From the NCBI RefSeq assembly GCF_036321535.1, contig NC_087437.1:31932001-31996000 (forward strand): a DNA stretch of 64,000 bases. Direction: 5' to 3'. Below, piece by piece: positions 25,360-38,468 of this stretch (the stretch's first letter is position 1; each line of letters starts with the position of its first letter). The notes under the pieces are model-generated. The model did not search any database and was not told where the DNA came from. It saw only the letters and a program-made list of their open reading frames with translations. The translations under genes were made by a program, and so were the position numbers. This stretch comes from Camelus dromedarius (lineage: Eukaryota).

Positions 25360-25807
25360 TGCTATTGAACACAAGTTTGTGTGCCCCGCACATAGTGAGG
25401 CCCAACAATAACAAAACATCAGAGTTTGGAGCAGAGAAAGGTTTATTGCTGGGCCGAGCAAGGAGAACCTACAGTCATGCCACAAAAGCCCCTAAACTCC
25501 CTGAAGGGTTTCAGCTGAGCATCTGTAAAGGCCAGCAGAGCGAGGGGCGTTCCCGGGTATGTGGTCACCTGCGCACAATTCTAATTGGTTGATGGTGATC
25601 AATCCTTGGGCAGAGGTCCTGGGGTCTATGTGCTCATGACCATCAAGTAGTTAATTTCTACCATTTGGTGGTGATTTTTTAGCATATGAAAAACTCAGGA
25701 AATATGCGTGAGGTACTATATCTGAGCACTTCAGAGAGGAGCTACAGCAGAGGATATGGGGGAGGGGTCCAACCTGGGAAGGCCCTGTAGGGTCCTACTC
25801 AGTTACA
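25360..25807 (-). mobile_element. ERV1-like solo LTR, same family as the provirus at 36.6-42.2 kb
   Basis: TG...CA ends, 4-bp TSD ATTT (25356-25359 / 25808-25811), AATAAA and CCAAT on minus; aligns by eye with both proviral LTRs. Confidence 0.9.
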
Positions 25808-28109
25808 ATTTGATGCTGTTTATTTGAATATTCCTCTAATACCTTCTAGTATGTATATAGTGGAAAGGGGCCAGAGGTTAAGAGATTTTTTTTTTTTAAT
25901 TTCCTGTGTTTCCTGTGTTTGCTTTAGATTCTTAAAATTTTTTTTGTAAAAGTGATACATGTTCATTGTAGATTTAGAAAATACAAAACAGCAAATAGTC
26001 TAAAATCTGACCATCTAGAAATAAGTTTGAGATGTTATATAGTGTATGTCTTCATGTATGTAGTGTATTCATTGGCTCAGTTTTCTAATTATATGATGGT
26101 TACCAAACCACAGCCATAGAACTAACACCATAGTTTCTCCACTTATAAGTAAAACTATTGATATTCTATTTACTTTGAACAACATATAATGTGGAATGGG
26201 AAAAAAAACACAAAAACAGAGCTCTGAGTATAAGGCCGAGACTTAGTCTGACATTCACAACTGCACCTACTCTCTTCTGAAAAAATTAAAAAATTAAACC
26301 CTTTTAGGTCTTGGTTTCCACAGAGCAAGACTGTTACCAAAGTGATGGTGCTTCATAAAGTGCAATGCACTGTACAAATGCAAGTGTTTTTGCTCTTGCT
26401 AACTAACATGGTGGCTTGGAAGTTGGACAGGAACCCACTGACTGGGGTGCTGACCACATGCTCTCAACGCTTTAACATTAGAAGGAAGACTGCATGTTGG
26501 CATCCAGGACTAGATGTCATGAAGTCAAATCTGAACTCCTCTGAGCTACTTTTCTTTGCTTTGTTGTCCTTCTTATCAGCATTTCACTCTTTTCTCTGCC
26601 CCATTTCCACTTTCCATTTCTTGTTTCCCTTTATATTTTCTTCTTTCTCCTCTCCCTTCTCTATCTTTAACTGACCTGTATTCTAGACATTTTATGTTAA
26701 AATTGGAAAAGAACAGAAGGACATAACCCTTAGAGTTTGAATTTTGAATCCCAGTGAAAAACTTGTATAAAGTCTATGACAATCTTGGCTTTAGCCAAGG
26801 CCACAGCCAAAAACAAACAAAAAAAAGTTATCCTTTCTTCTGGACACTCATATATGAGATTTATGGGCGGGTAGGGGGATCTATAATTCCAGCATCACTG
26901 CTGAAGGTGGAGGTGATGGTCTTGGCCCCCTCACCTACATGATTGCTCTCAACTGTCCTTCCATTCCCACATTCCCAGGTCTTGGCTGCTGAAACCTACA
27001 ACCCTGGAAAAGTTATCTGAATTTTAGGAGAGGAGTGTGCTTTCTTTCCCTCATGAAACCTACAGGCAGCCTGTTACTCTGATATATAAAGCCTTCTTGA
27101 ATGCATAAATAAAAGTTGAATATCAAACATATTTTCAGGTAAGTCTAATCATACCAATTTAAACATAATCTTCCAAAATGTATTTCTAACATATCACATA
27201 TGTGCTGCAATTTTATTCTTTTTTTCTCCTATAATAGAACACTGTCGCCTGGGATAAGTCCAATGAACATCTGAACAGGGATGCAATCTATAGTTTTTGG
27301 CGTGTCTACTGATTTCCATCTTTGTCTCAGCAGTATTTATGAAACCTATATTTTTTGCTAATATCAACCATTCCATTTTTCTCATTTTCCACTATGTTTT
27401 ATAAAATGCTAATGGCAAAATATAATAAAACAATCAAATTCTTTCCACAGCACCACCCTCTGACAAAGATGGCTGTGTTGGACTAAGTGAGTGACTGCCT
27501 GGCCTTAGGCTGCTCCCCACATCATGGCTCAAATAGTTTGTCTGGAAGCCAAGAAAAAATTCAGAATGTGGCCAACAATCATTAGTTTAAGGGCCATTAT
27601 GTATAATGTATGTGAAAAAAAAAAAAAGCAGGTTATGTGAAATTTGTGTTTAGGGGAATATAGGTAGGAAAAAATAGGTAAAATCTAAACAACAACATCA
27701 TCAACAAAAAAAATGACTAAGTTATAAACATAACAAATACTTTGTTTAGGATATGCCTCTCTCTAATTTTATTTTATTTGGGGGATGGGATGGGGTTAAG
27801 TGAGATGTGTGTTGAGGCAATAAAAGTGAGAAATTATTCCTCAGAGGCATTGCCATTTTAATGTATTTTCCCTGAAGCATCATTAAAGTTGATAGGAAGT
27901 AACAATTGGAACTATAAATAAGGAAGTCGACAGAGATGTGTTCATTCTTGGTCCAGCAACACTGTCATGTTCTGGGTACTTTGAGATACAATAATGATGC
28001 AGTCTTTCTTTACCTTTGAGGAGCTCCAGATGCATTTTGTGTAATACTGAGAGTACAAAAATAAAAAGTGGGAACAATCCAAATTGATTAATGAGATTTA
28101 TTTCATTTT

Positions 28110-29780
28110 TCAAATAAATTTTAAATTATATTTTATAAATACAATATTTTAAAATTTGGAACAGAAGTAAATGTTTAGAAAAGTTCCAAGTACAGTGCAG
28201 GACAGAAAACTTTGTTTTCCTGAACAACTGGAGAGTAATTTGCTGACCTGAAGTTTTATCATCCCTAAATCCTTTCAGTGTTCATTTCCCTATAAGTACA
28301 TTCTCCTACATTACCACAGAATAACCATCAAAATCAGGAAATGAACACTGAATCATTGCTAACTTCTAATCCTCAGCCCCCATATAAGTTTTGACAATCA
28401 TCCTAATTACGTACTTTATAGCAAAAGGATCTGGTTCAGAATCATTAAGTGGTGTTTAATGGTTAAGTTAGTCTCCTTCAGTCTTGAAGAAGTCGGTCTT
28501 TGACTTTCACAACCTCGATACTGTTAAGGATCCCATGCTAGTTGTTTTGTACAGTATCTATTAGTTTGGGGTCATCTGACATTTCTTCATGATTATACTC
28601 AGGTGATTTTATGCATCTTTAGTAGGACTATCACAATGTTCTCTTTGCTACACCTATCAGGTGGTGCACAATTTAGACTTGTCCCATTGCTAATGAATTT
28701 CACTTTGATCACCTAGTTAAAGTGGCATCTGCCAGGCTTTTCCATTGAAAGTTACTCTTACTCCCTTTGGTAATTTGAAACTATTTCTCACCAAACTTTC
28801 AATTCATTCACTATTCAAATTTGTTTGGAGTCATGGTTTCCTGTTTTATTCAATAGGTTGTAATTTTTTTTTTTATTTTGATGCTCAAATTATCCCTGAT
28901 TTGGCCAGTGGTAGCCCCCTCAAGCTGGCTTCTCTATCCTTTTGACATTTTCCCATCATTCCTGGATCACTTCCTTGCTTTCTGATATAGTGAGATGTTA
29001 CAGGCTCATCTTATACTCTCCCTGACCCAGCTCTGGAATCATCCATTTCTCCAATAAATCTAGGTTGTTGCTATTGGAGAATCATATTGATAGCCTAAGA
29101 CCTGGGTGCTAGGTGTGTTCATTGTTATTAGAGCTGGGCTGTTCCCAGGCCCTCTCAGTGGACAGAACTAGATTATCTATATCTATACCTAAAGCATATA
29201 GATGTACATGTGTCTTTATATACATTTGGTTTTATTTACATGCAAAAGATAACATTTACATTTCTATGCTTTTCTATGTCTCTATACATACATACATATA
29301 TATACATATATATATAATCACGAGTTCACACTGATACCTCCAATTCCAATCCAACTCCATGGGGTTTATCCTCATTTTCTTCCTTCCCATATCTGTACCT
29401 TTCTTCTCTGACCCTGAGGAATCTGATTTTTTATTTATTTACTTACTCCTTCGATCTCCTAGTATGTAACCTATCTCTGCTGCCACCTTCTTGCCCAGAT
29501 GGACACTCATCTCACTCCAGATGAGCCACCCTATGCTGGGCGGCCCCATGCCTTGATGACTTCCTCGCCCTGTCTGGGCTCTGACAGCCCAGGGGCCCTT
29601 TTGTGGACAGCCTCCTTACCTAGCTCCAGCTCCAACCCCTACATGGGACAGCCATCCTGGGTAGTCACTCTCTTGCTGGATTTGAGCTCTGATGCCCTGC
29701 TCTGGGCCACTGTGGCTTTCTCTTCCAGGGTAGATACCTGCCTTACTCTGCCACACTTCATGGGTTTGGGACTACTTTTT
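28110..29780 (-). mobile_element. Old L1 3' region (L1MC4/L1MC5-like)
   Basis: ACATTCTCCTACATTACCACAG...ATCAAAATCAGGAAAT; GATGCTCAAATTATCCCTGATTTGGCCAGTGG. Confidence 0.7.
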
Positions 29781-32084
29781 TGGGAAGGGAAAGCAAGAGA
29801 CAAGGGGAGGGAGGAAAAGGAAGAGACGAGTAAGGTCTACTTGAAATTCTAAAACGTAAAAGAACTGAAACAATGTACACTACATATTTGTTTCCGATAC
29901 CTACGAGAAATGAGGCTTTCTCTAGATCTAAAAAGATGAAAAGATTAAACATTTTTTAAAACTTTACAGTTATTTTCTTCCGGGGACTAATGTAATGCTG
30001 GATAATTAGATTCAGATTCCTTATTTATATTCTTATTTGGGGCCAGGAGGGAAGTCTCTTTTAATATACAATCTTTCCTTTTTTAATATGCCCAGAAGGA
30101 TTGGAAAATAATGGGAACTGTAAAATAGTAGGAATTAACAATTATTGATGAAGAGACTAGATGGTAAAGCTATTATAGTTTAAAGCAAGGGTCAGCATTG
30201 CTCTCTTTAATCACTTTATGCAGTTTCACCCAAAGGCATTTATTCTTGTCTTTATCCATTGAAATGCATTGTAAACCCTATTAATGTAATCCAGATGAAG
30301 TCAAATACTTATTTCTGACTCCATTTTGCTATTCTATTGAGATAATTACTACAAGTGATCAGTGATTGAGTCTTAAAAAATGCATTTAATTATTATTAAT
30401 TGAATAACCACTGAGTTAATAAAACTGTCTTAGGATATTACACTGGAAATTAATTGAATATAATATAATCTATCTACCTTCAAGAAATTATTTCCTGAGA
30501 GAGATAATAGAGAAAGAACAATCTTTTTCACTTAGCTAAAAAGACACTTAATAAATGCTCATTAAATGAAATATCTTCCTAATATTTGGGAGCTGGGGTG
30601 GCTCAGGGTAGTAAAATAACAATTTTATTAATGCAAATTCTTAATATGGCAAATATCTCAAATTAATTAACAAAGTTGGACAACCTAGTGACTTGTCTGA
30701 GAACTTTAATATCTAGTTAATAAGCTGGATTTTAAAATGTGTCTATACAGTCAGTTGTTTATTGTCTTATGTAAAATGTAGTAACAAGGTCAAATTAAGG
30801 TAAATAACCTAAAGTCAAAAGACACAAACATGGCTACATGTCCTATACTTTTTTTTTTCTTTCAAAACTCAAGAAGCCAAGCAATTTTCTTAAACAATAA
30901 TAGAGCATAAAATGCAGCTTTTCTGTCCGACTGGCTTGACACTGCATTGTTCCATGATTCTGGCTCAGGATTCGTACTAACCATAACAGGGAAGAACTGC
31001 AGGGCCTTAATGCAAGCCATGATTCTGAAACTGTTGTCTCATAAATACAGACCAGAAAAGAAGGGAGATGTTTTGCACTTGGTAACAAACTGAGAGGGTT
31101 TGAAGGGGTTATGGCAAGTAAGTTAAGTGCCTCTGCAGGACACACAGAATCTAGGAAGCTAACAGCTCTCACTGAAAAGGAAAGATGGCCAAAATACCCA
31201 ACAATATGTTTAGTGATTCATCAAACCACATTTAATTTTTCTTTAAATGAATGTATGTGTGTGTTTAAGAACATTAAACAGAGATGGTATACAGCTTCAA
31301 TGATTCAACAACCCTTGGAGAGCATCAAATAACAGAATCAAAAGAAACAAACTGAAGGAAGTTGTGAACAAAGATGAAAGGATCCAAGTCTCTGGAAACA
31401 GTCAATAAAAAAAGTTTCCTGACCACTGACTGAGGTCCCCATTTGAGTTCTGAGAAGACAGAAAAGCAATGAAGTGTTGGATCAATAGGAAAAGTACTTT
31501 GCTAAGAGGCAAGAACAACGCTTCTCTTTGCAGAAGCAAACAACTCTGAGACTTCAAAGAAAACCTTTTCTTCTGTCTTCCTTTTTCATTTCTTTTTGTT
31601 TAAATCTTTAAGAACCCGGTGATAAAACTGTATCTGATAACGACTTAGTGGACTCTGGGAGCCACTGCTTCATGCCCAGTATTTTAAGTCAGTCATTTGC
31701 AACATCCTTTCTGAGTAACCCCTCCCCTCAACCATTTCCGGACAGACCCCATTCTGAAACTTCATCTAAATTAAAAAATGCTTGCCATTATAGAGCTTAA
31801 GGCCCTTAAAGAGGGAACTTTTCCAAGCATAAAACTAGGACAGAAGGAAGGACTGTTTTTCTGAGGGTTAGCTTGTGTTCAATTTATAAATATGAAATCA
31901 TTGGGACCCATTTGATAACTATTCAATACCCACTTTAGGAGATTAGGAAAGGTTTAGACCACTGACTAATCATTCAGAACCCAGAATTCCAGACAGTTTC
32001 TGAGATTTCAAATAGACTGTATGGTGTATAATATCAAATTCTTGTACATATGAAACCCCAGAAGTCTTATTCCACCAGCAGAAA

Positions 32085-32550
32085 TCAGGATTATTGTTCC
32101 CAGTTCTTCCCTCTTTCCTATAATAAAATGATACATTCATGATCTTTGCTAAGGAAATTTGAGGTACTTCCCACGGTGGGTGGATATATTTTCACACCCT
32201 GTTGGTGTTGGGCTTGGCCGTGTGACTTAATTTTGGCCAATGGAATGTGGGCAGAGGTGACAGTGTGCCAGTTCTGAACCAAGATCTGAAGAGATATTGC
32301 CTGTTTCTGCACCCACCTCTTGTACTCTGTCATCACCATGAGAAAAACATGCCATAGGTAGCTGTAGCCACTTAAGCCTGGTCCTTAGAAAGAAGACCGG
32401 AGGAGCAGACCTGAGCCCAGCTGAGAGCGCTAAGTTCAAGGGCACCCCCTGCCCCCTTCAACTGTGTGCACCCAGTCAGCTTTGCAGATCCATACGGGGA
32501 TATGTACACGTTTGTGGGTCACTGACTGATCAACTACCACACAGCTGACT
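32085..32550 (+). mobile_element. Old MaLR LTR (MLT1H/I/J-like)
   Basis: GGGCTTGGCCGTGTGACTTAATTTTGGCCAATGGAATGTGGGCAGAGGTGACAGTGTGCCAGTTC. Confidence 0.75.
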
Positions 32551-32859
32551 TTCTAAATTTACTTCTTAGTATAAATCCTACAGATAAATGACATTACAAT
32601 TGGCCTCATCATCTGTACATATTTCTAATGTTCTTTCAAAATAAATTGCCCCGAAGTCTCCAAATACAAAAATATAACTGAATCCTAGACTAAGTTATGT
32701 TTAGTATTACTTAAACATTTCAGCTTACTTTTTGTGATGGATAAATACCCCATAACTGGACTCCCAAATTAAAAACTTGAAATCATTTTATTCACAAAAG
32801 GTAAACTACCATGCAGCCATTATAAACGGGAACCCCAAATCCTGGGACAACTCAATTTT

Positions 32860-34555
32860 CTTCTCCTTAGCCCTTCAACACTTTCTCCCCTAGCATCACT
32901 CACAGCTGATGACTTTTCTTCTTAGTTTACTGAGCATGTAGAAGCAATCAGGAGAGGTCTGCTCTATCTTCCCATGTCAGCTCTGCCTGCCTCTATGTCT
33001 ACACCATCTTCCCTCCTGCTACATCATTCCAACAGCCTCTATGGGAGACTTACCCGATAGAAGGGACAATTTCTCCACTGGGCACCACATCCCTGAAGCC
33101 CATCCTGTCCTGCCTCCTCGAGAACTTTGCTTCTGCAGTCATGCACTGTTAATTTCCACCTCCTCAAGAGATCTTTCCCATCAGCATACCAATATGTGAT
33201 GTCTCTCATCTTAAACAACCTTCCCTTCATCCAAGTTCTCCTCCATTATAGCTGTTCTTTATTGCAAAACTTCTTTAAATCAATTGCCTGGATTTGCTCT
33301 CTTCCTCACCTCCATTCTGTCTCTGACTCACTGCAGTCAGGCTTTCATTCCCCCTGCTTCAGCACAACTATTCTCATCAGGGTCACTAGGGACTTCTTTG
33401 CCACCAAATCCCCTGGTCAACAGCATTTAATACTGCTGATGACTCCTATGTTCATGAAATACTCTCTTCACTTGAGGTCTGGTTTACCGTCCTCTCCCAG
33501 TTTCTTTCTACTTTACTGGATGCTTCCCCATCTCCTCTGCTGGCTTCATCTGATCTGAATCTGTAAATGTTGGAGGACCCTAGGGACAGTATCCTTGACT
33601 TTCTTTACTTACTTATCATGCCCTTTATAAGTGATCTTAACCAGCCCCATTGGCCATCTGTGGATTAACCCCAAATTTATATCTCCTCTAAGCTCCAAAT
33701 TCATACACCTATCTGCCTACTAATCATCTCCACTTGTATCTCTAATAAGCATCTCAAACCAGACACTCCCCAAAACCAGACTCGTACCTTCCATAACCTG
33801 CTTCTTCCCTCATTATCACCATCTCAATAATGGTAACTCTATTCAATCAGCAGCTCAGGCTAAAAACTCAGGTGTCATCCCTGGTACTTTACTTTCCTTC
33901 ACTCCCCATATCCAATCAGCAAAACCTACTGGCTGTACCTTCAACTTATCTGAACTCTGACTACTTCTCACCACCTCCCGTGCTCTCTGGCTTCCTTTTG
34001 AGTTCTGCCAATGAGTGGACCAGCAGGATAGCAGAGAACGGGACCAGAGGAAGCCCAGGGTATTTCTTCCCCACTCCCTCTCTGCTTCAGGCTTGCATCT
34101 CTAGCAGTAGCTCTGTCCTCACAACTCCAGAGGCCCCTCCTCCATGGCCCTGCTGGCACTGGGATTGTCTGTGACCCTGTTCCTTCCTTTCTTTGCTGCT
34201 TCGGCCCTTGGAATAATATTACCTTCCCTCTTTTGCCCCGCATCTCGCTCCATGCCTCTGTAAACAGCTCCTTCATCCGCCTCTTCATTTGAATCATTTG
34301 AAAGTGAAGTTCTTTGCCTGCTGGCACACTGATTAACACACTACCCTATGTAAAATTACTATCATTCAGCTCCACTTTTTATCCCTGTAACTAGCTTTTT
34401 CAAGTACATACTATTCACTGAAATTTATTATCTTCTTCCCCCTCTTCCCCTCTCTAAAAGGTTAGCTTCCAAGGACTTTTCTTTTTATTTTCACTCTTGG
34501 ATCCCTAGCCTCTAGAAGAATGCCTTGTATAGTTTCATGTAAACATGTTGCTAGG
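32860..34555 (+). mobile_element. L2 (LINE2) interrupted by LTR33
   Basis: L2 ORF2/3'-like motifs (CTCCACTTGTATCTCTAATAAGCATCTCAAAC; GCTCAGGCTAAAAACTCAGGTGTCATCC). Confidence 0.7.
33975..34340 (+). mobile_element. ERVL LTR (LTR33-like)
   Basis: GCCAATGAGTGGACCAGCAGGA...GGGTATTTCTTCCCC...TTTGCCTGCTGGCACACTGATTAACACA. Confidence 0.65.
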
Positions 34556-35772
34556 AAAGATAATTATGTTCTTGACATATTAGTAACGAAAAAGCATAAG
34601 TTGAGGAAGAATATTATGGTATGTTTCTATTAAAAAACCCCACCTATCCAGATATAATAACTGAGTAGTAAAAAGAAAGCTCTGGGAGCATCTACACCAA
34701 AATATTAATAGCGGTTACATCCTGGGTAGTGGATGGGATTTGGTCTTCTGCTTTGTACATATCTGTAGAGTTTGCATTTATAGGCGAAGCAAGCAGAACC
34801 ACTGGAAGCCTATATGAAGTTTTTGGGCAAATTAGAAAAAGTCATCCCTCCACACTAGGGTAGACACAGCTGCACTGGCACCAGGAGAGTGCCTTTTGTC
34901 CCTCATTTGTCACTGTTTTGAAAACAACGCTACAACTTTACCTGTTGGCTTGGAGAATAAACATTTTTTAAGGTCAGAAGAAAGTTGATTTGTATATGCC
35001 TTCCTCCTCAATTTCTTTTCCAGCCCACCTTTTACATTTACAACATATTCTAGACCTTACAGAACCAAAGTGAAATATATTAACAGACTCATTACCTTTT
35101 CATGACAAAACAGAAAAAAGTATACTCATGGGCAAGGACTAAAATAACAGACAAAAAGCTTATAAAACTAAGTAGGGGACTCAGTGCTTACAGCTGAACA
35201 TAGAAAGCTATTACAATACCTTAATGAAAATCATTAGTTGATAATAAAGTAGAAATTTAAAATTTATAAACTACTTACAACTGGAATGGCTGACTCTTTA
35301 GAAATTCCACAGATGGATCATAGGTGGTGAGCAGAAGGCACTCTGGGTGTCCCCTGGGCCAGGTTAATGTTGGCAGCAGATCTAATTTGAATTTGTACCT
35401 CAGATATTTGACAGATCTCATTGAGTTTTGATGACTTGACTCCTGATTATGCAGCCAACTAAAAAGTGAGTTCATGAGAATTTGAATGCAGAAGCACCCA
35501 TCAGGCCCAATAGCCTTCCACCCCCGGAGAGCTGCATTAGGTGCCACAGAACCTGGTGTGGTCACATAATATAGGGAAACATGACTTTTGCATTTACATC
35601 TGGAGCAGCTTGGTCAACCCCAGAGGTGGCTCCTCCAGGCCAGGGCTAAGGCACAAGTTTGGTGCCTCATTTCTGGTGTGGAGAGAGCATGACATCGCCT
35701 GGGTTGTGTCTGTCCTGACACCTGCAAAGATGACCAGAGAGCTGGAGAGCGAGGGCTGATACTGGGTAGTCA

Positions 35773-35790
35773 TGTCCACCAGGGGGACCA
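35773..35790 (+). promoter_or_regulatory. CTCF motif (forward)
   Basis: TGTCCACCAGGGGGACCA; core CCACCAGGGGG matches, but A replaces the consensus C after the G run. Confidence 0.5.
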
Positions 35791-36645
35791 GAGAGTCCCC
35801 AACAAGACCACAGAAATCTGGTCCACATGTTTGGTGATGGCTGATGACATGTGAGCAATGGTGGTAGCCTGCTCACTTGAACTGACTCCAGCTTGCCCTG
35901 CCACCTGGTCCTGAGCCTTGTGCTCTCTTGTATTTCCTCATCCTGCATCTACCTTTCCCAAAGAGAGAGCCACACAGGTTAGAAGAGATAAATGTTTTGG
36001 ATAAAGTCAGTTCATGGGAATTCAAATGCAGAAGCCCCTAGTTGGATCATAGGCTGACTAGGGGTCAATTACCCCACAGATGTCCTCTTTCAGATTCTCA
36101 GTGAGCACAGCAAACACTTTACAGATGGCACGAGTGGTTCTGGCCAAAGCAATGATTTTCTCAGCACAGTTCCCTTCTGAGATGTTGATACATGCATTTT
36201 CTTCCCATGCATCTCCTAAACTACTGCTCCTCCCTGCCTCCATGATTCTGCCAACATCCTTTCCATGTAATCTGCTTTCAGTCACACTAGAGTCCATCTA
36301 CACAGTGCCACCTTATTAAGTGGTTAAGTTCTAGGTCACTGGTAGGAGTAAATGGCAAAAACTGTGGGCACAGGGTGACTGAGAAAAAAAAGAGATGAAA
36401 GGGGAAGGAAAAGAGAGGATTCTAGAGATGGATCCATGGGAAGGTGGGACAACAAAAGTGGGGTGGAGAGGGGAATCCCCTTGTCAAAGGGGATAAAGGG
36501 GAGGAAGAAGATGGTAGAGGAAGAGGTGAAAAAGACAGGGTAGAGGGCCAGCAAGTGGGAGAAGGAGTGGGTGGTGAGAGCTCTAGCTACTATGTTTGCT
36601 GCCTAGGCCAATCTTGATCATTTCAAGCCAATATGTCTCTCAATT

Positions 36646-37116
36646 TGTTACCAAATGCAAGTTTGCATGCCTGACACACAGTGAGGCCAAAAAAATACTG
36701 AAACGTTGGAGCTGGTTGGGGCAGAGAAAAATTTATTGCTGGGTCGAGCAAGGAGAACTGGTGGCTCATGTCCAAACCACCCCCCTCCCCAAACTCCCTG
36801 AAGGGTTTCCGCTGAGCATCTGTAGAGGTCAGCAGAGGGAGGGGCATCCCAGGGTACATGATCAGCTGTGCACAATTCTCTGATGGTTGATGGTGATCAA
36901 TCCTTAGGCGCCAGAAGGTCTGAGGGCTATGTGCTCATGATCATCAAGTAGTTAATTTCTTTCATTTGGTGTTTTTTTTTTTTTTTTTTTTAGCATTTGA
37001 ACTCAGGGAATATGCATGAAATAGTACTATCTGGGTACTTCAGAGCGGAGCTACAGCAGAGGTTATGAGGGAGGGATCTGTTCCAAGAAGGCCCCACAGG
37101 GTCCTGCTCAGTTACA
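36646..37116 (-). mobile_element. 3' LTR of the provirus
   Basis: TGTTACC...GTTACA; preceded on the minus strand by the polypurine tract AAAGAAAAGAGGGGAAT (37117-37133). Confidence 0.9.
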
Positions 37117-37278
37117 ATTCCCCTCTTTTCTTTGATCCTCCTCAGTCTTGAGGAGAACAGGTGTTGGACAAGGGGAATGATATTTTGGATAGAGAGGTTT
37201 TAATTATAAACTTGGCAGAAGAACTCAGTTTCAATCTCCAATCCTGTTTCATTCTTCCCCAGATCTCTCAGGGAATGT

Positions 37279-37320
37279 GATGATGACTGCTCTGGCTACT
37301 TCCTGCTGAAATGGGGCATA
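37279..37320 (-). pseudogene. Remnant of the env TM cytoplasmic C-terminus
   Basis: Translates to YAPFQQEVARAVII, like the 'P.QQEVAR' end of class I ERV env, and lies just upstream of the PPT. Confidence 0.55.
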
Positions 37321-38340
37321 GTCCTGCCTTGATCTGGGGATGGACACCAAGCTGGAAATACTCCCAAGTTTCAAGTCCTGGATCTGAGTCTTGTATGATT
37401 AGGATCTCATTCCCTGAGGAATTCAGGAGAATAAGCCTGAAAACCAGTCTGGACCTGGATTTGGGGAGACTTGTAGCCAGGTAGCCAGTTGTCTCCTTTT
37501 ATCAGAGTAGGTTTTAACGTTTGATGTGGTATTAACAATATATAACAAGAGCTATGGGCCACTATACGTCTTCTTTTTTCCTACTAATAACATCGGATCC
37601 AAAGCAATTTTACTGTCTAAAAATTTAATAACTACAAGAGGAGACCTTGAGGTCATAAGCTTGCAGCAGCCATCTGCCAGCAGACATTAATTTGAGAGTG
37701 GATGGTGGCATCCTGAGTATAACACAGCTCAGAAAATTCAAGTTCTCAACAATACAGGAACATGTCTGAAATCAAGTCCACAACGGCCACCTAGTTTTAC
37801 CTTGGATGTCTGAACCACAGCTACTCCATTTTGACTTTCAAATGCATTCCCCTCCCTCGAGGCCAAAGCAGATGTACAGTGTATGTCCAAAAGGCCATAA
37901 AACAGACTGCTTTGGTCAGTAAAGTTGAAGTCAAAGCATGCATAAGCCAGAATGACTTGTGCATACCTCAAAATATGCAGACTTTTCCATCATTTCCCCT
38001 TTTGATTACAAATCTTTCAATAGAAAGCACAGATGATTAAAATACCTGTCTCTGAGTACTCGGGTGGTAGCTCTTGCCCCAGGTTGAGGTTATGTTTCTT
38101 GGCACTAGGCCTCCTTTATATTTGCCTTATTATCCAAGTTGGGGGAAAACTAATCAGATACTGTGAACAGGCTCAGAGGTATGTTAATGGGGAAACACAA
38201 CACTTTACAGGTCATACATTTTATCACTTATAACCAGTTGGTACACAGCATGGTAAATGTGCTTTTAACAGCAGACTCAAAGCAAGCATTGATATGCATC
38301 ATGAGTAGTTATACTCTGTGACAACTGCATTAGAGAATTA

Positions 38341-38468
38341 ATTCTCTTTGTTTTGAGATTAATTTTTACTTTATTACTATTATTACTTATGGAGGCACTG
38401 GGGATCGAAGCCAGGACCATGTGCATGCCATGGACATGCTCTACCACTGAGCTACATCCTCAACCCTC
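38341..38468 (-). mobile_element. tRNA-derived SINE (vic-1-like) inserted in the ERV interior
   Basis: GGAGGCACTGGGGATCGAAGCCAGGACC...CTCTACCACTGAGCTAC; flanks TAGAGAATT / TAAAGAATT. Confidence 0.85.

Noticed and set aside
35275..36319. Cluster of overlapping ORFs suggesting a processed pseudogene
   Set aside because: No parent protein recognised, and no poly(A) tail or TSD seen. Retained only for the 33-bp repeat finding.
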